Notes: generated by a model from the sequence alone, not told the origin. Shown: positions 1 through 14,690, numbered from the stretch's first letter. The stretch: 64,000 bases of DNA from Octopus sinensis (GCF_006345805.1 NC_043005.1:61690001-61754000); one strand, 5' to 3'. Numbers and translations are program-made.

Positions 1-44
1 TTTCTGTTCAATCTTCGTTCAGCTCCATTTCTTCAATTCACTAA

Positions 45-46
<2 letters not shown>

Positions 47-88
<42 letters not shown>

Positions 89-94
89 CATACA

Positions 95-125
<31 letters not shown>

Positions 126-487
126 GTATATAAATATATATGTATGTATATATATATATATGTGTGTGTATATATAGAGAGAGAGAGATATATTCGTTCT
201 ACATAGAGATATAATTTTAATATATATGTGTGAATAGGTATGCATATCTATATGTATATATATATGTGTGTTTGTGTGTGTGTGTATTCAAATATATGCT
301 TGTACATATATATACATATATATACTTATATATGTACGTACATATTTATATTTACGTATGTATGCATGTATATATTTATAAATATACATATATATATATA
401 TACATATGTATAATTATATACATACGTGTGTATATATATATATAATGTATATGTATATATACACACATTATATATATATATACATAT

Positions 488-566
<79 letters not shown>
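47..566. repeat. (TA)n/(TACA)n microsatellite cluster, representative of many such tracts in the window
   Basis: Direct reading; source of the YI/MYVC pseudo-ORFs. Confidence 0.95.
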
Positions 567-573
<7 letters not shown>

Positions 574-1319
574 TTCGTTCCACATAGGAATATAATTTAA
601 ATATTTCAGGAATTTTTTTCCAGTTGTTGAAGTAGCATGGAGATATACATGAAATTATAAGCAAATTGTTTTCAGAGATTATTTTGAGGGGGGCAAAAGG
701 AGCAAATGAAAAGCAAATGAATCTAAACGCAAAATGAGGGCTATTAAGACACACAGACATTCCAAAGATCATATGATGTCTTTGAAATCGGAGAATACAT
801 ATCGAAGATTGATTTCAAGCCAAATATATTTTGAGCCTACGAATAGAATACCAAAAAGCACCATCCTGCCAAACATTTACGGTTTTACGTCCTCCGTTGT
901 GAGGATGACAGTTTCTTTGTTGTATTTTTTGTTTGTCTTTGGGTTTATCTTTTTTTTTATTTTTGTCTTTTGTCTTTCTGTTTGTACCTTGTTGTTGCTT
1001 CGTTCATTAAATAAATCAATCCAATTTCATTCATATTTCTGATAATTTTTTTTTTAAATTTTCTCTATGAAAAGAATTTGAATTTCTAAATTTCCCCATA
1101 CAGCTTCTTTTTTTTTTTACTTCCGATTAAAAAAATTGCTCGAGCAGCGAATGAAATTCCTTCTGGTATTTAGATATATTTCCATTTGGCTTCGCATTTC
1201 ATATCTCTGAGGAAAGGATCCATAATGTACCAGCCAGACTCTAAAGATCACTTAAGTGGATAACACACCTCCAAAGACAGACTGTGTGCCGAAGTCAGTG
1301 ATAAAAGAATTTAATATTA

Positions 1320-1374
<55 letters not shown>

Positions 1375-1643
1375 CACCATCATTATTATTATTGTCATCA
1401 TCATTATCATCATTATTAACATCATCATCATCATCAAATTTGAGAAGTAGTGTACGACAGAATCACTAGAGCGCGAGTTTTTTCGGGGTTTTTTTTTTAC
1501 GTTTGCATTCTAAGTTTCATTCTTCCAAGGTCAACTTTGCCTCTCATCCCCTCTGCATCGACAAAATAAAGTACCAATATCGAGGCAATCGACTTACCCC
1601 TCCTCCCAAAATTGCTGACCTTGTGCCACAATAAGAAAGTATA

Positions 1644-1696
<53 letters not shown>

Positions 1697-1756
1697 CATT
1701 TAGCCTTCTTCCAAAATTTGAAATCATTATTATAATTATCATTATTACTATAATTA

Positions 1757-1827
<71 letters not shown>

Positions 1828-2599
1828 TCTGTCGGTGTTACAGGTGTTTTATTTCACTCTGTTTATTTTTTGATAGTTTGTCTTTGTTAGGGATTTGTTA
1901 TTGTTGATTGTTCCCTTTTGTTACGGAACCGGCCTCAACAATAAAGAGCTAATCGGTTTCATTTGATTTTCGTCCTCATGGGGCTATATTCCCAAAAACG
2001 TAGTTACAAGCCAACTAACTAATCGATAAATTGAAAGTTTTTTGTAAAATCTAAGTAACATCAAATAGCCGGCGACTCTGCTAATAAACCAGCGAGAGAT
2101 GGCGCTGAGAGAAAAAACAAGTGAACAGGATGGCGCTGATATTGAAAGCTTTTCCTTCGCTTCTGTCATTAGATTTAACTCTCTCTCTCTCTCTCTTTCT
2201 CCCAGTCATCAACGCCACAACAGCTATCAGACTTCAATGAAGGGGGCGGAAATGAGTAGTTATAGAAACCACAACCTATCAAACAATAACAGAAACACTA
2301 ATATTGAGCAAAAAGGTTATGAACAGGACAGAGTAGATGCAACATAATACAGTAAGTAACACATTAAACAACTGTGACAATAGTAACAAGATGGAGCGTG
2401 TCAAAAGCGACAACAAGCATCACACTGAAAGTAAAGTGGGTTTAACAACAACAGTAATAATGACACCAACAGCTCAATTACTAATCGCCTGAACATCATC
2501 CATAAAACAAAGTAGCATTACCCACCACCATCACCACCTCAGATCTATCCCACCCGAAATCAACAACAGTAGCATAAGTTATAACAAAGCGACGTCGCT

Positions 2600-5105
2600 G
2601 ACTCGCTCTTTTGCATGTGTAGTGTGTCCACTAGAGGGATTAGAGTTACAAGAAGAAAAACTGACATAAGCTACGAATCTAATACAAAGATAAAGGAAAG
2701 CAATTTGCTTTTATTGACAAATAAGGGGGTTGGGAACGTCCCAAAAGATACAGCTTCACATATCGATAGAGTTAACTCTAGCCAGTAAAAGTCGAAGTAT
2801 AGAAGTTTGATATATGAGCATATAGATGAAAGAAATGTGACGAGAAAGAATTCGTCACTTGTGGTGTTATGAAACTATAGGCAATAGGTTCTACTCTTGC
2901 GGGTGAAGCGAGGAAATGTTCGTTATCCAAAGCGGGCCGGGGAGAGGCGATGTAACACCAAACATTGGGTAGTACATGTGATACCAGAATAAAACATCTC
3001 GTAGCTAGTGTCAGCAGCTTTGGCTGAACAGTATGAAGACATGTTAGTCCTACGTTAGAACTTGTTGAAAATGCGAGTGGAGCTTTTATCAAAACGGATC
3101 GGGAAAATCTTGAAATCATTCCAAATATGAGCTTTCAAACGGCGCCTATCTGTTTGTGGCGATGAGAAGAGGAAAACCCAAATTGCACATTTGTTGTGTC
3201 ACCGTCCCCTTAAAGATCTGCTCAAAGCAGTGAACAAATACAGTACGAACCTTACCGCTGCTGTCTTCATAGCCATAAGAATAACATTAGTAACGGCAGT
3301 AGAGGCCAATATCATACATACCACAATCAGAAGAAGCTCTCCTTCATTTTACGTGTTCACCGAAAGACAAAAACAACACACATACACACGAGAACCATTC
3401 CTCGTGAACTTCACTGTACGGAAGCAAGAAGAAGTTTATGAGACTCATTGAAAAATGTACAAAACAACAAATGATTTTGACGCGCTTATTCTCAGGACAC
3501 AACTGAACACCTTAGACTTAAGGACAAAATCCCCTGGTAAAATGGGAATGTTCCAGAACAGGGTATCAGAGAATACAAGGATGGTTCATTGATTACCTCC
3601 CTATCGAGAAGACTGGACCATTAGCCGACTCGGAAGTATCGCTTGCTCAACGTCTAGACATAAATGTAAGAGCTATTAGCGATACTAGAATTCGACGTAC
3701 TAATGGTAAAAATGGTCATTGGCCATATTTTCAACATGAAGCACGAATGTGGCGTTGTCATAGCTATGGTCTAAGTGCTCTGAGACGTGACAGAACGAAA
3801 ATTTGATAAATGGGCTCGTGTGGAAGAATTACAGCGTGTGAATTACTGCCCAATTTTACGAACCTGCAAGAGGAATGCTTTTGGATTACAAGTTGTGTGA
3901 CACTTTCCAGTTCTTTTTGTTCAGCTATTCAAAGCATCTAGTGGACCGGGTACAGTTGTTGGTGGTCTTTGATGCCTTCCTCGACGAACTGTCGCAACGC
4001 TCGGCGAAGAATTTAGAAAGTCAACAGCAATCACAGCTAAATACGATTGACAGTATGTGTGGTTGTATAAGGTTGTATAAGGGGGAAAATGCTTTTTTAG
4101 ATGGGCTGCTCTATAAGCTTTACAAATACATTTTTTGTTTTCTTGTTATTGACTTTTACGTGAACATGTGCTACATTTTACAGCAAAAAGAAAGAATCAC
4201 CAGTCCTGTGAGTCGGAAAATGTTAGCAATGACAAGGAAGGATGCAAACGAGATAGTTGTTATTGATTATTTCCACCCATTAGCTCAGCTGAATGCATTG
4301 TTTAAAATGATGGAGGTGCTAGCAAAGAGGTTCGAGCTTGTCGTTGGCAGTGTGATATGGAAAGTGAAGAGCTCTGCGATTCTGGTTAGATTTATCTCTA
4401 TCCTATGACAGTCGCTATCCTAAGTAATACATAATAGTGAGAGAGAGTAACAAACCTGGCTTTGATAAAGCTTTAATCAATTTAGATCAAACGAAACATT
4501 TCAATGGAGTTGAACATCTTCACAGCAGTTTGTTCCGATCTCCTTCTCAATGGCTGGATTGTATCTATCTACAGCGCACCACTTATTGAAACAGTTTTGA
4601 ATTACACATTCAATACATCAAGATTTTCCTCCCTCATAGATTTTATATGAAATAATTCTCAAGATATGACTAAGGATAACGGATGTATTGAAGGGCACCA
4701 CGTTCCAAACGGGAAGCTAGGAAACCGTATAAACATATGCTAACGATATCACGGAAATTTTTTTCAGCACCTCAAAAATCGAGATAGTCCTCAATGTCCT
4801 AAAAGGTGGATGATGGTGAAAGGAACTAAGCTTAATCCAAACGGGTTGGTGAGAATGCAGCTCGGTACCTAGAAGGAAACTATTATGTGTGGAGCTTTAG
4901 CTGACAAATTTGTGTAGTTTCTTAGAATCTAGTTTAAGTTTTCTTGATTGGCCTAATGAGTATATCCTCCCTATTGGAGCCATTTCCTTGTTTTTATGAT
5001 CTTTCCTTTTCCGTCATTTCATTACTCGATGTATACTTTCAATCTTGTATGCCGAGTGTTGTACTGTCTACAGTGTCTGAATTTCTTCTGGCTAATAAAG
5101 ACATA
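2600..5105 (+). mobile_element. Decayed Tx1/L1-type non-LTR retrotransposon (APE endonuclease and RT remnants)
   Basis: 4455-4517 reads KPGFDKALINLDQTKHFNGVEH (ALINLDQxKAFDRVxH motif); NGWIVSIYS near 4550; TYANDIT (YADD-like) near 4733-4753; faint APE-like remnants at 3620-3980; ends in AATAAA plus (TAA)n near 5095. 5' boundary approximate. Confidence 0.55.
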
Positions 5106-5192
5106 ATAATAATAACCACAACTACAACAACAACAATGATGATGATAATAATAATAATAATAATATTAATAATAACAATAATAATAATAATA

Positions 5193-5224
<32 letters not shown>

Positions 5225-5227
5225 GTC

Positions 5228-5435
5228 GACGAGCTGGCAGAATCGTTAGCACCTCGGGCAATATGCTTAGCGATATTTTGTCTGTCTTTACGCTTTGTGT
5301 TCAAATTCAGCCGAGGTCGACTTTGCGTTTCATCATTTCGGGGTCGATAAAATAAGTACCAGCTGATCGCTAGGATCGATGTAATTGACTCATCCCCTCC
5401 CATAAAATTGCTGCCCTTGTGGCAAAATTTGAAAC
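5228..5435 (+). mobile_element. SINE family A (tRNA-like head, GTCGACTTTGCCTTTCATCC core), diverged
   Basis: Matches the copies at 9314 and 34154. Confidence 0.8.
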
Positions 5436-5478
5436 CGTTATTATTATTATTGTTGTTGTTATTATTATCATTATTGTT

Positions 5479-5509
<31 letters not shown>

Positions 5510-5599
5510 TTATTATTGTATTGTTGTTGTTATTATTATTACTATTATTATTATTATTATTATTATCATCATTATTATCATTATTATTATTATTATTAG

Positions 5600-5825
5600 A
5601 GCAGCGAGTTGGTTGTATCGTTAGCACGCCGAACAATAAGTTACACGGCATTTCTTCTGGTTTTACGTTCTGAGTTCAAATTCCACCGAGGTCCACTTTG
5701 CCTTTCATCCGTTCTAGGTCGATAAAATAAGTACCAGTGAGTACTGGAAGGGGGAGGTCGATGTAGTCGACTTACCTCCCACCCCTATCCCCGAAATCGC
5801 TGGCCTTGTGCCAAAATTTGAAATC
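5600..5825 (+). mobile_element. SINE family A, diverged
   Basis: Same core; flanked by (ATT)n. Confidence 0.75.
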
Positions 5826-5838
5826 ATTATTATTATCA

Positions 5839-5884
<46 letters not shown>

Positions 5885-6053
5885 TTAATTCATCCAATTT
5901 CTTTGTAAACCCCACACACACTTTGTAACTTGTTCCTATTATGTCCTCTCATTCTTCGCCCTTGTGGTAATAATAAAGAATTCATCATAATTATTATTGT
6001 TATTATTTTTATTTTTATTTTGCTGGCAAATAAAAAAATCATTTTCCTCATCA

Positions 6054-6105
<52 letters not shown>

Positions 6106-6724
6106 TAACTCATCATCCTCATCCTGATCATTATTATCGTTATCATGGTTTTTATACAAATAGCAGAAATTGATTTGACGTAAACAATGCTTTTGTTTTT
6201 TTGTTTTTTGTGTTTGTATATTTGAACATGAGTCCCCTGGAAAAAAATAAATCAAGACTTTTAGTTAACTGCAGTGCACCGTCCCCCTAAAGGCGAATAC
6301 AAAGAAGTTTCCTTTTTTTTCTTTTTTTTTGCTGTTTGCATTTTGAAAGAGGAAGAGAAAGAAGGCGGAAAAATAAGAACATCTAATGAATGTGTACTGT
6401 CAATGGTTTCAATCCAGCAGCCTTAAACTAAATAAGCTCAAAAGAAAAATTATCAAAAATCCGTTGTGTTTCATATATTCTCATCAAACGCTATTCATTT
6501 CTCTCTAAGTCATTTTCATTACGAAAACAACAAAAACAAACATTCGATTCCTCAAAGCCACTAGGAAATCATTTTCTTTTTACACTTTATATCCTAATGT
6601 TGAGTGCATTATACATTACGATTGCTATCGAACATCATTTCGTTTTGTTAATGTTGTATAACTAGATATAATACATAGAGTTTTATACGTGATATATACT
6701 TTCAAAACATATGAGTATGCATAT

Positions 6725-6810
<86 letters not shown>

Positions 6811-7375
6811 GTAGACACACATACACACATCTGTTCACATATATATCGGTATGCATCTTGTTATAATGGTGATTATGCGGCGATACGTATATATGTAACC
6901 GAAAGAAACCTCCTTTTTTATCACCTTCCATAAAGTACGTCAGGCTATGGCGTTTTCGATTAATAATAATTTCAAGAACAAAACGGAAGACTTTAGATCT
7001 TACTCTAGTGCCGTCTCAATCGAGCTATTCGGCCTACATAACGACGTGTTGTATAATTTCCTTACATATATTTATCGTTATTAAGATGAGATGCAATGAA
7101 CAAAAGTTGGTGCATTAAATAAACCACAAAATGAAATCTGACAGTGAATGGTCGAAACATTTGCAATCATAAATATAGTGTTCTCTTTTTGATATAAGCA
7201 ATACGCTACACATTGATTGCCCTCATACAATAGAGACTACATAATAAACAAAGATTGATAAAAAATATCTTTTATTCGAAAGTCGGTGCCGCCTGTTCAA
7301 ATTGCATTGTAAGTACTCTGCTAGCCTCCTGCATACCTACATACTAATACATACAGACATGTGTGTGTGTGTGTA

Positions 7376-7757
7376 TGGAAGCACTCCGTCGGTTACGACG
7401 ACGAGGTTCCGGTTAAACCGAATCAACGGAACAGCCTGCTCGTGAAATTAACGTGTAAGTGGCTGAGCACTCCACAGACACGTGTACCCTTAACGTAGTT
7501 CTCGGGGATATTCAGCGTGACACAGAGAGTGACAAGGCCGGCCCTTTGAAATACAGGTACAACAGAAGCAGGAAGTAAGAGTGAGAGAAAGTTGTGGTGA
7601 AAGAGTACAGCAGGGATCGCCACCACCCCTTGCCGGAGCCTCGTGGAGCTTTAGGTGTTTTCGCTCAATAAACACTCACAACGCCCGATCTGAGAATCGA
7701 AACCGCGATCCTACGACCGCGAGTCCGCTGCCCTAACCACTGGGCCATTGCGCCTCC
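7376..7757 (-). mobile_element. SINE family B (tRNA-derived head GGAGGCGCAATGGCCCAGTGGTTAGG), full length
   Basis: Near-identical reverse complement of 19933-20318; A/B-box-like motifs. Confidence 0.9.
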
Positions 7758-8001
7758 ACGTGTGTGTGTATAACACCCAGGGATCGAGATATAGGAAGAA
7801 AGTTATCTTGAAACAATCCGTAGTAAATATTAAAAAAAAAGCAATAGTGGTTTATTGAGACGGAAGGTTGTGGATGATTTTTTTCGTATCGAAGTACAAT
7901 AAGCTGGAAAAAAGTACTTTTATATTTCACGGTAGGCGACCAGGGTTGGCGAGTGTGCGAAAAAGAACATAAGAGTTATGGAATGGAGTCGATAAGATCC
8001 G

Positions 8002-8069
8002 AGCTGCATATGTTTCATAGTGGTAAATATATCCAAGCGAGGTGCATACCGCAGGCTACTCTTCAGGCC
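8002..8069 (-). ncRNA. Degenerate type I hammerhead ribozyme
   Basis: Minus strand: ggc CTGAAGA gtag...ctat GAAA CATATG CA gct; cleavage triplet mutated to GCA; an inverted partial copy (ctat GAAA CATACG TA gccc) lies at about 8699-8720. Confidence 0.55.
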
Positions 8070-8436
8070 GATGATGTTTTGATTAAATGAAACGTTTCAT
8101 TGTCGCGAGGAGGTACATGATGACGCCTGGAAAGTTCAATCAGAATGTATAGAGAGCACAGTGGGGTGGGGTGGGGAATATAAATGTATGGAGAAATAAG
8201 TATTAAAAGAAGGGGAAAAGAAGAAAATATGAAGGAATGAGAGGAATGAGAAATTTAAGTGAGGTCATTTGACCGGTAGTTAATGAATAGGGCTGTATTG
8301 GCTGAATCACAGAAATTAGCAAGGGGAGTGGTATTTGAAAAAAAAGATTATTTGGAGGGTGATGAAACATCTTTGATCAAGGGGAAGAAAGGAAGTGTGT
8401 ATGAAGAAAGCAAGGAACGTCGCTTGGATATATACC

Positions 8437-8663
8437 CATTTCTTTATTACCCACAAGGGGCTAAACATAGAAGGGACAAACATAGACAGACATAGGTATT
8501 AAGTCGATTACATCGACCCCAGTGCGTAACTGGTACTTAATTTATCGACCCCGAAAGGATGAAAGGTAAAGTCGACCTCGGCGGAAGTTGAACTCACAAC
8601 GTAACGGCAGACGAAATACCGCTAAGCATTTCGCCCGACGTTGTAACGTTTCTGCCAGCTCGC
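8437..8663 (-). mobile_element. SINE family A with 16-bp TSD
   Basis: cgcttggatatatacc at 8421-8436 and 8664-8679. Confidence 0.9.
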
Positions 8664-8804
8664 CGCTTGGATATATACCACTTCTGAGGTTCCTCTTGCT
8701 ATGAAACATACGTAGCCCGGATCTTATCACTTGCATTCTGTAACTCTTGTATGTGTGTGTGTATGTATACACATATACATATATATGCATATGTATACAT
8801 ACAT

Positions 8805-8871
<67 letters not shown>

Positions 8872-9313
8872 GTGCAAGGTCATATTTGACACAATCTTCG
8901 CAATCAGTAGAAGGTTCACTAAACTAGTAAATAGATTCTGTTACCCAGGTGACTTTATCAGTTAAAATGGTGATTACTGTGAAGGCATATTAACGAGAGG
9001 AAGGACGTGGTGAAGAAAAAATGACGTTCAGAGAGGTATTGTCTCTGTTAGTGTCTAAGGGTTTTATTCTACGAAGTGAGGGGCATTTTGCATTATCTTT
9101 GTATACATTGTATGCAACATTAACATCGACAATAGCAACAAGTCCACTAATGACGGAGATGTACGTCATTTTAGATCCCCTGTCACCACTTTGGCGAGCT
9201 TTTAGCCCACTAATCTAATATAATGTCCGGTCATCCTTCGATAGGCTGTAGGACTTAATCCAGTGAGGAACAACAATTCGTATGAGTTTTCGAAGACTTT
9301 ATGTACACGGTGT

Positions 9314-9531
9314 TCAGAAACGTTAGCACGCCGGGCGAAATGCGTAGCCGTATTTCGTCTGCCGTTACGTTCTGAATTCAAATTCCGCCGAGGTCGACTT
9401 TGCCTTCGATCCTTTCGGGGTCGATAAATTAAGTACCAGTTACGCACTGGGGTCGATGTAATCGACTTAATCCGTTTGTCTGTCCTTGTTTGTCCCCTCT
9501 GTGTTTAACCCCTTGTGGGTAGTAAAGAAAT
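9314..9531 (+). mobile_element. SINE family A with ~20-bp TSD
   Basis: agactt(t/c)atgtacacggtgt on both sides (near 9294 and 9532). Confidence 0.9.
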
Positions 9532-10814
9532 AGACTTCATGTACACGGTGTATGTATTCCCATCCGGGATGAGAGCATTTATACACAGCTTGTATATTAA
9601 CATTTAATAGAACAGAACGGAAGTTGAATAAGAAAAGGTTTTCGTCTTGCCGCCTTCCATGACTGGTATAGTGGATTTAACAAAATTCAAATCAACGCGG
9701 AGTAATCCACTAGCAGGAACAGGGATGGAGACGATGTAGTTAGAGGAAGGCCGCGTGGGAGAGGAAAAAGAGGATGTTGCTTGGCTGTGCGCATCTTTTT
9801 TATCCCTGTCTAACGAGCGCCACCTAGTTGTTAACGATGTGACAGGGGAGATAACTCTAGATGACTCTCGTTAAAACATGACGGCACTGAATTCAAATAA
9901 GATCCAAATCCAAATCAAACCACAACGTGTAATCTTTTGAAAATGGAGAGATTTTACTTCGTAGTATAAAGCAAATTTTTATCTGAGTAGATAAGCTGGT
10001 TGCAGCTGTGATACCTCTAATCATAGCTCTACTCAATCGGGACTGACTCGGGGCCAAACTGCAACAGTAACAGCAGTAACAAGAACAACAATGGCAACGA
10101 CAACAACAGCAACAACAAGGAAGGTGACAACAATTCAAATATAAAGAAATCACAAAGAAACATATAACTTGTTATAATGACAATGAGATTACATTTATTG
10201 ATTTGAAGTGATTCAACGAAGATAAAGGAATTGAGTAAAGAATTCTACGTTTCTCTTCAGTAAATCAGTGAAAGAAATACACTTGTGAAATAATTGAATT
10301 AATGCCTGACCTCAGTCACCAATAGAAATGTTCTGAACAAAAGTTGAATAAAAATGAAAGGTTCATATTTATTCTTCCTTTTGTAAATGGTTAAAATCTA
10401 ATTGCACACATACATACGTATATATGTGTGTGTGAGTGGATGTGTGTGCGTGCGTGTGTGTGTGCCTGTGTGTGTATGTGTGTGTACAGAGAGAGGGAGA
10501 AAGAGCGAAATGTATAGATAGATAAATCTTATAGATATATATGTGTGTGTGGATGTGTATGTATACGTACTACACATGAATGTAAGAACGTATGTATGTA
10601 TGTATGTATGTATGTATGTATGTATGTATGTATGTATGTATGTATGTATGTATGCATGTATGTATGCATGTATGTATGGGTGTATGTGTGAACGTATGTA
10701 AGTATGTAGAAATAAAAATACAAAATACACGAAGTAGTATTAATAAAATACACAAAATATACGAAGTAGTGTTAATAAGAATAACTAATTAAAACTGAAA
10801 TATTATACTATCGT

Positions 10815-11198
10815 TACTCCGTTAAGTGAGTCTCTTTCAATTTATGTGGAACCCAAATATCGAGCTTCTTAACGAGTCCAAGACATTTTAACTAATTTTC
10901 AATTGTGTGCGATACATTTAACCTCTCTGCAATCTCTAGCACTGTTCTATGACAATCAGATTCAATTATGGCGTTGATTCGATCATCATCAACTTCAGTA
11001 GGTCGACCAGAACGATGGCCACCAGTGAGTGAAAAATCTCCAGAACGGAATTTTTAAAACCCATTTCTGACATGTATGTTCTGCTAAGCAATCAACACCA
11101 TAAAATTCACATATCTCTTTGTGAGCCTCAGCAGCCTTTTTGCCTTTATGGAAATAAAAGAGCAAAATATGGCGAAAATGTTCGTTTTTGCACTCCAT
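10815..11198 (-). pseudogene. mariner transposase N-terminal fragment (HTH to WVPHEL motif), frameshifted
   Basis: MECKNEHFRHILLFYFHKGKKAAEAHKEICE... then EVDDDRINAIIESD...EIAERLNVSHTIEN*LKCLGLVKKLDIWVPHKLKE. Confidence 0.9.
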
Positions 11199-11334
11199 GT
11201 TAAAATTTACGCTGAACTAACAGCTGTAAACAAAGTTACGCGCAATTTGCTTCTAAAGTAAGCTAAAAGTAACGGCTATCAAATGACAAAAGCAAAAAAT
11301 CATAACACAGACAAAAGTCATTCAAAGAAATATG

Positions 11335-11700
11335 CGCAGGTACAGGCATGGCTATGTGGTAACAAATTTACTTCCCAAGCACATAGTTCTGGGTTCAGCC
11401 CCACAACGTGGCACACCTTGGTCAAGTATTTGGTAAGTAGACAAGAAAAGAAGCCCATCTTGTGTGTGTGTGTGTGTGCGTGTGTGTGTGTGCGCGCGCG
11501 TGTGTGTGTGTGTTTTCGTCTGACAACCGGAGCTGGTTTGCTTACGTCTCCCGTAAACGGTTCGGCAAAGCAGACCGATAGAACAGTTACCAGGTTCGAA
11601 AAGAAAATCACTGCTGGGATCGATTCATTTGACTATAAGTTCCTCAGAATGGTGCCCCAAAATGGCACAGCAGTCAAATGATTGAAACAAGTAAAAGATA
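11335..11700 (+). mobile_element. SINE family C (internal microsatellite, ...CAGTCAAATGACTGAAACAAGTAAAAGA tail)
   Basis: Homology to the copies at 19303 and 21262. Confidence 0.75.
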
Positions 11701-11708
11701 AATATATA

Positions 11709-12220
11709 TCTATATATAAAAAACTGTAGTTGTGTGAGTGTCTGTCCCCTTCGATTTAGATTCCTAACTACTCCCACATTTTGCGGTGCAGTTTAACCAA
11801 ATTCGGGTATCTTATAGTTGTGATTCATATCGAGCCCGTCTGAGTATTAGCGCGCGTCTACAATGAGTCTACGATTTTAAAAATAATTTAACATCATTTT
11901 TTATTCCATTTTAATGCATAATTTTTCGTGTGTCGATGGCGGCGGAGTTGGCGTCCATGGTCACACCTGCACCTGTTTGCTTCTCCCCCTTCTTCCCTCC
12001 CTCGTGAAGCTGTGGTGAAGGGAGTGTAAGGAAATCAACGTCGTAAAGCGTTATCAAGGAGACCAGCGTTCTTTTAGAACAACGACTTCATGGCTTGAAG
12101 ACACCAAAACAGAAATGGCTAAGAAAGCCCGAATTGGCATCTATAAGGGAAGTAACTCTCTAAAAATGGTTATATAGTTATTTCCCTTACAAACCCGAGC
12201 AACGCCGGGCGATACTGCTA

Positions 12221-12221
<1 letters not shown>
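11709..12221 (+). mobile_element. Non-autonomous Helitron
   Basis: 5' TC(TATATATAAAA); 3' hairpin CCCGAGCAACGCCGGG plus CTAG; inserted between A and T. Confidence 0.85.
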
Positions 12222-12269
<48 letters not shown>

Positions 12270-12314
12270 TGTAAAAAAGAAGTTTGAAAACGCCACTATA
12301 TTAGATAAATTTTA

Positions 12315-12358
12315 ATTTTACATGTTTCGGTTCTTGAAAAAACGAACCTTATCAAAAA
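12315..12358 (-). ncRNA. Degenerate minimal hammerhead
   Basis: Minus strand: attt TTGATAA GGTTC-loop-GAACC GAAA CATG TA aaat; two core substitutions. Confidence 0.45.
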
Positions 12359-12620
12359 TATTTTTTATAAAAAGTATAATGGAACAGTTCATAATCGTTA
12401 CATACATTCAATAGAATCCATGTTCTTGAAAAGACGAACCTTATCAAATATATTACAAAGAGTATAATAGAAAAAATCCATAGTCGTTCCTTACTGTTTT
12501 GTCGAGTGTAGTGGAGAGGTTCATTATAGATTTCTTGCTGGTATCAAAAGGAACCGCTTTTGTGTTACCTTGTGTTCCAATGGAAGCAACAGTAGTGATT
12601 CTTGGTCGTCATATATATAT

Positions 12621-12703
<83 letters not shown>

Positions 12704-12772
12704 CATACATACATACATACATATACATATATATATATATATAAATATATATATATACATACATACATATAC

Positions 12773-12843
<71 letters not shown>

Positions 12844-12855
12844 TATATATATACA

Positions 12856-12909
<54 letters not shown>

Positions 12910-12913
<4 letters not shown>

Positions 12914-14526
12914 CTAGAAAAACCATAATAGAATTCGACGGTAGACTCTGGACCAGATCCGATACCCCCGACAATTTCGATGTGACTATGGGCTCGAGCG
13001 ATTCAGCTCAGGTGACTGACTTGGTCGGGGCCTACCTGCTCAAGAAGCTTTTCTCCGAGGTACCGGATCTTCAGGGGGGTCTATACAGAGACGACGCTCT
13101 CTTCATATACCCCACCAACAATAGGAGTAAACTAGAAAGAATTAGGAAAAATATCAGGCTTTTTTTCAAATCCTTCAATCTTAAACTAGAATTTATGACC
13201 AATACTAAAATAGTAAACTTCTTAGATGTTACGTTAGATTTGAATAAGCACCTTCACCACTCGTATAGGAAACCCGAAGAAACTACCAAATACATCCATA
13301 CCTCTTCCAACCATCCACCCTGTATAATTAGCACCACGGTCCAAGCCATCTCAAACAGACTGACAAAACTATCCTCTAATAGAGAAATTTTCAATAATCA
13401 TGCACAACACTACAACCAGGCTCTCTATAGTGCCGGGTATAACCAGAGAATATCATATGTAGACCACCCGGGAGCGTCCGTCGGCCATAAGACTCCCAAT
13501 TATAATCGAACTCAGCACTCAACTCACACTAGCGATAATTCTAATTTAAACTCCAAACAACGTATAGGAAATAGGCGAACTAATAGAATAGCACACAATA
13601 GTAACCCTCCCGACGAGAGCAATATAGATCCTATTAGGAGAAATAGAAGGGATAATAGTAGATTACGCAAATATATATGGTTCAACATACCTTACAACTT
13701 AGCAGTTAGGGGTAAGTTATGTAAGAGAATATTCTCTATAATTTCCAACAACTTCCCACCCACCCACAAGTATAGAAGTATCTTCTCCAACAAAACTATT
13801 AGGATTTCCTACTCTACCCTACCCAACATGAGCTGCCTCATAGCTAAACATAACTATATTAATATTAGAACAGCTAGATCAAGAGCAAACCATAGCGACC
13901 AACAAAACCCCCCTCATCTAGACAGTAGACAATATAACCAGACTGGCAGCCATACTACCCAAACAGTTAGTAATAACACCCGCCAACACAACAGAGGAAA
14001 TACTACACCCATCAACAACCAGGAGGATACCAACGCCCCCACTCGTATTGCAACACCTCCGCCTGGGATTAGCAGTACACGACCGAATAATGCAATGCAA
14101 TGCAACTGCAGATGTGCATCAGAGTGCCCGCTGCAGGGCGCATGCAGGGCGAAAAACGTAATATATTCATGTGAGGTGAGTACTCAGTTTAACACACTCA
14201 CCTATATTGGTTGCTCAACCTCCTGGAAATCCAGATACTACAACCACCGGTCCTCGCTGAGACACAGACATAAGGCTAACAGCACCTCCCTCTCTAAAAG
14301 AATTTGGGAATTAAAAGACAAATGCATAGGCTTCAAACTCAGATGGTCCGTCATCGGATCAGCTGCACCTTATTTAAATAATAGAGCAGGATGCCAACTA
14401 TGTTGTGTAGAACTCCTGAACATCTTGAAATTCAAAGACAAACACAATCTTATTAACAAAAGATCAGAGTTCAAACCATCCTGTATACATAAACTTATTA
14501 ATACTTTCAAATACTACAAAGCTTAG
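12910..14526 (+). CDS. PLE polyprotein, partial: RT C-terminal part, thumb, Cys-rich linker and GIY-YIG endonuclease
   Basis: [69 protein letters not shown]...YIGC, RYYNH, CQLC, LINKRSE; frame is open from the TA tract (no true start codon) to TAG at 14524-14526. Confidence 0.93.
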
Positions 14527-14657
14527 GTCTTATACCAACTCCCCCATGCAATTTCCTCCCACCCGGTGCAACCTGTCGGCTCCAGCACATCCCGCTTTCC
14601 TATATGTGCGTGTATATGTGTATGTGTGTGTGTGTATGTATGTGCACATACGTGTAC

Positions 14658-14690
<33 letters not shown>

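Noticed and set aside
3875-4408. 177-aa ORF as a host gene
   Set aside because: Lies within the decayed LINE and shows no recognisable domain in this frame
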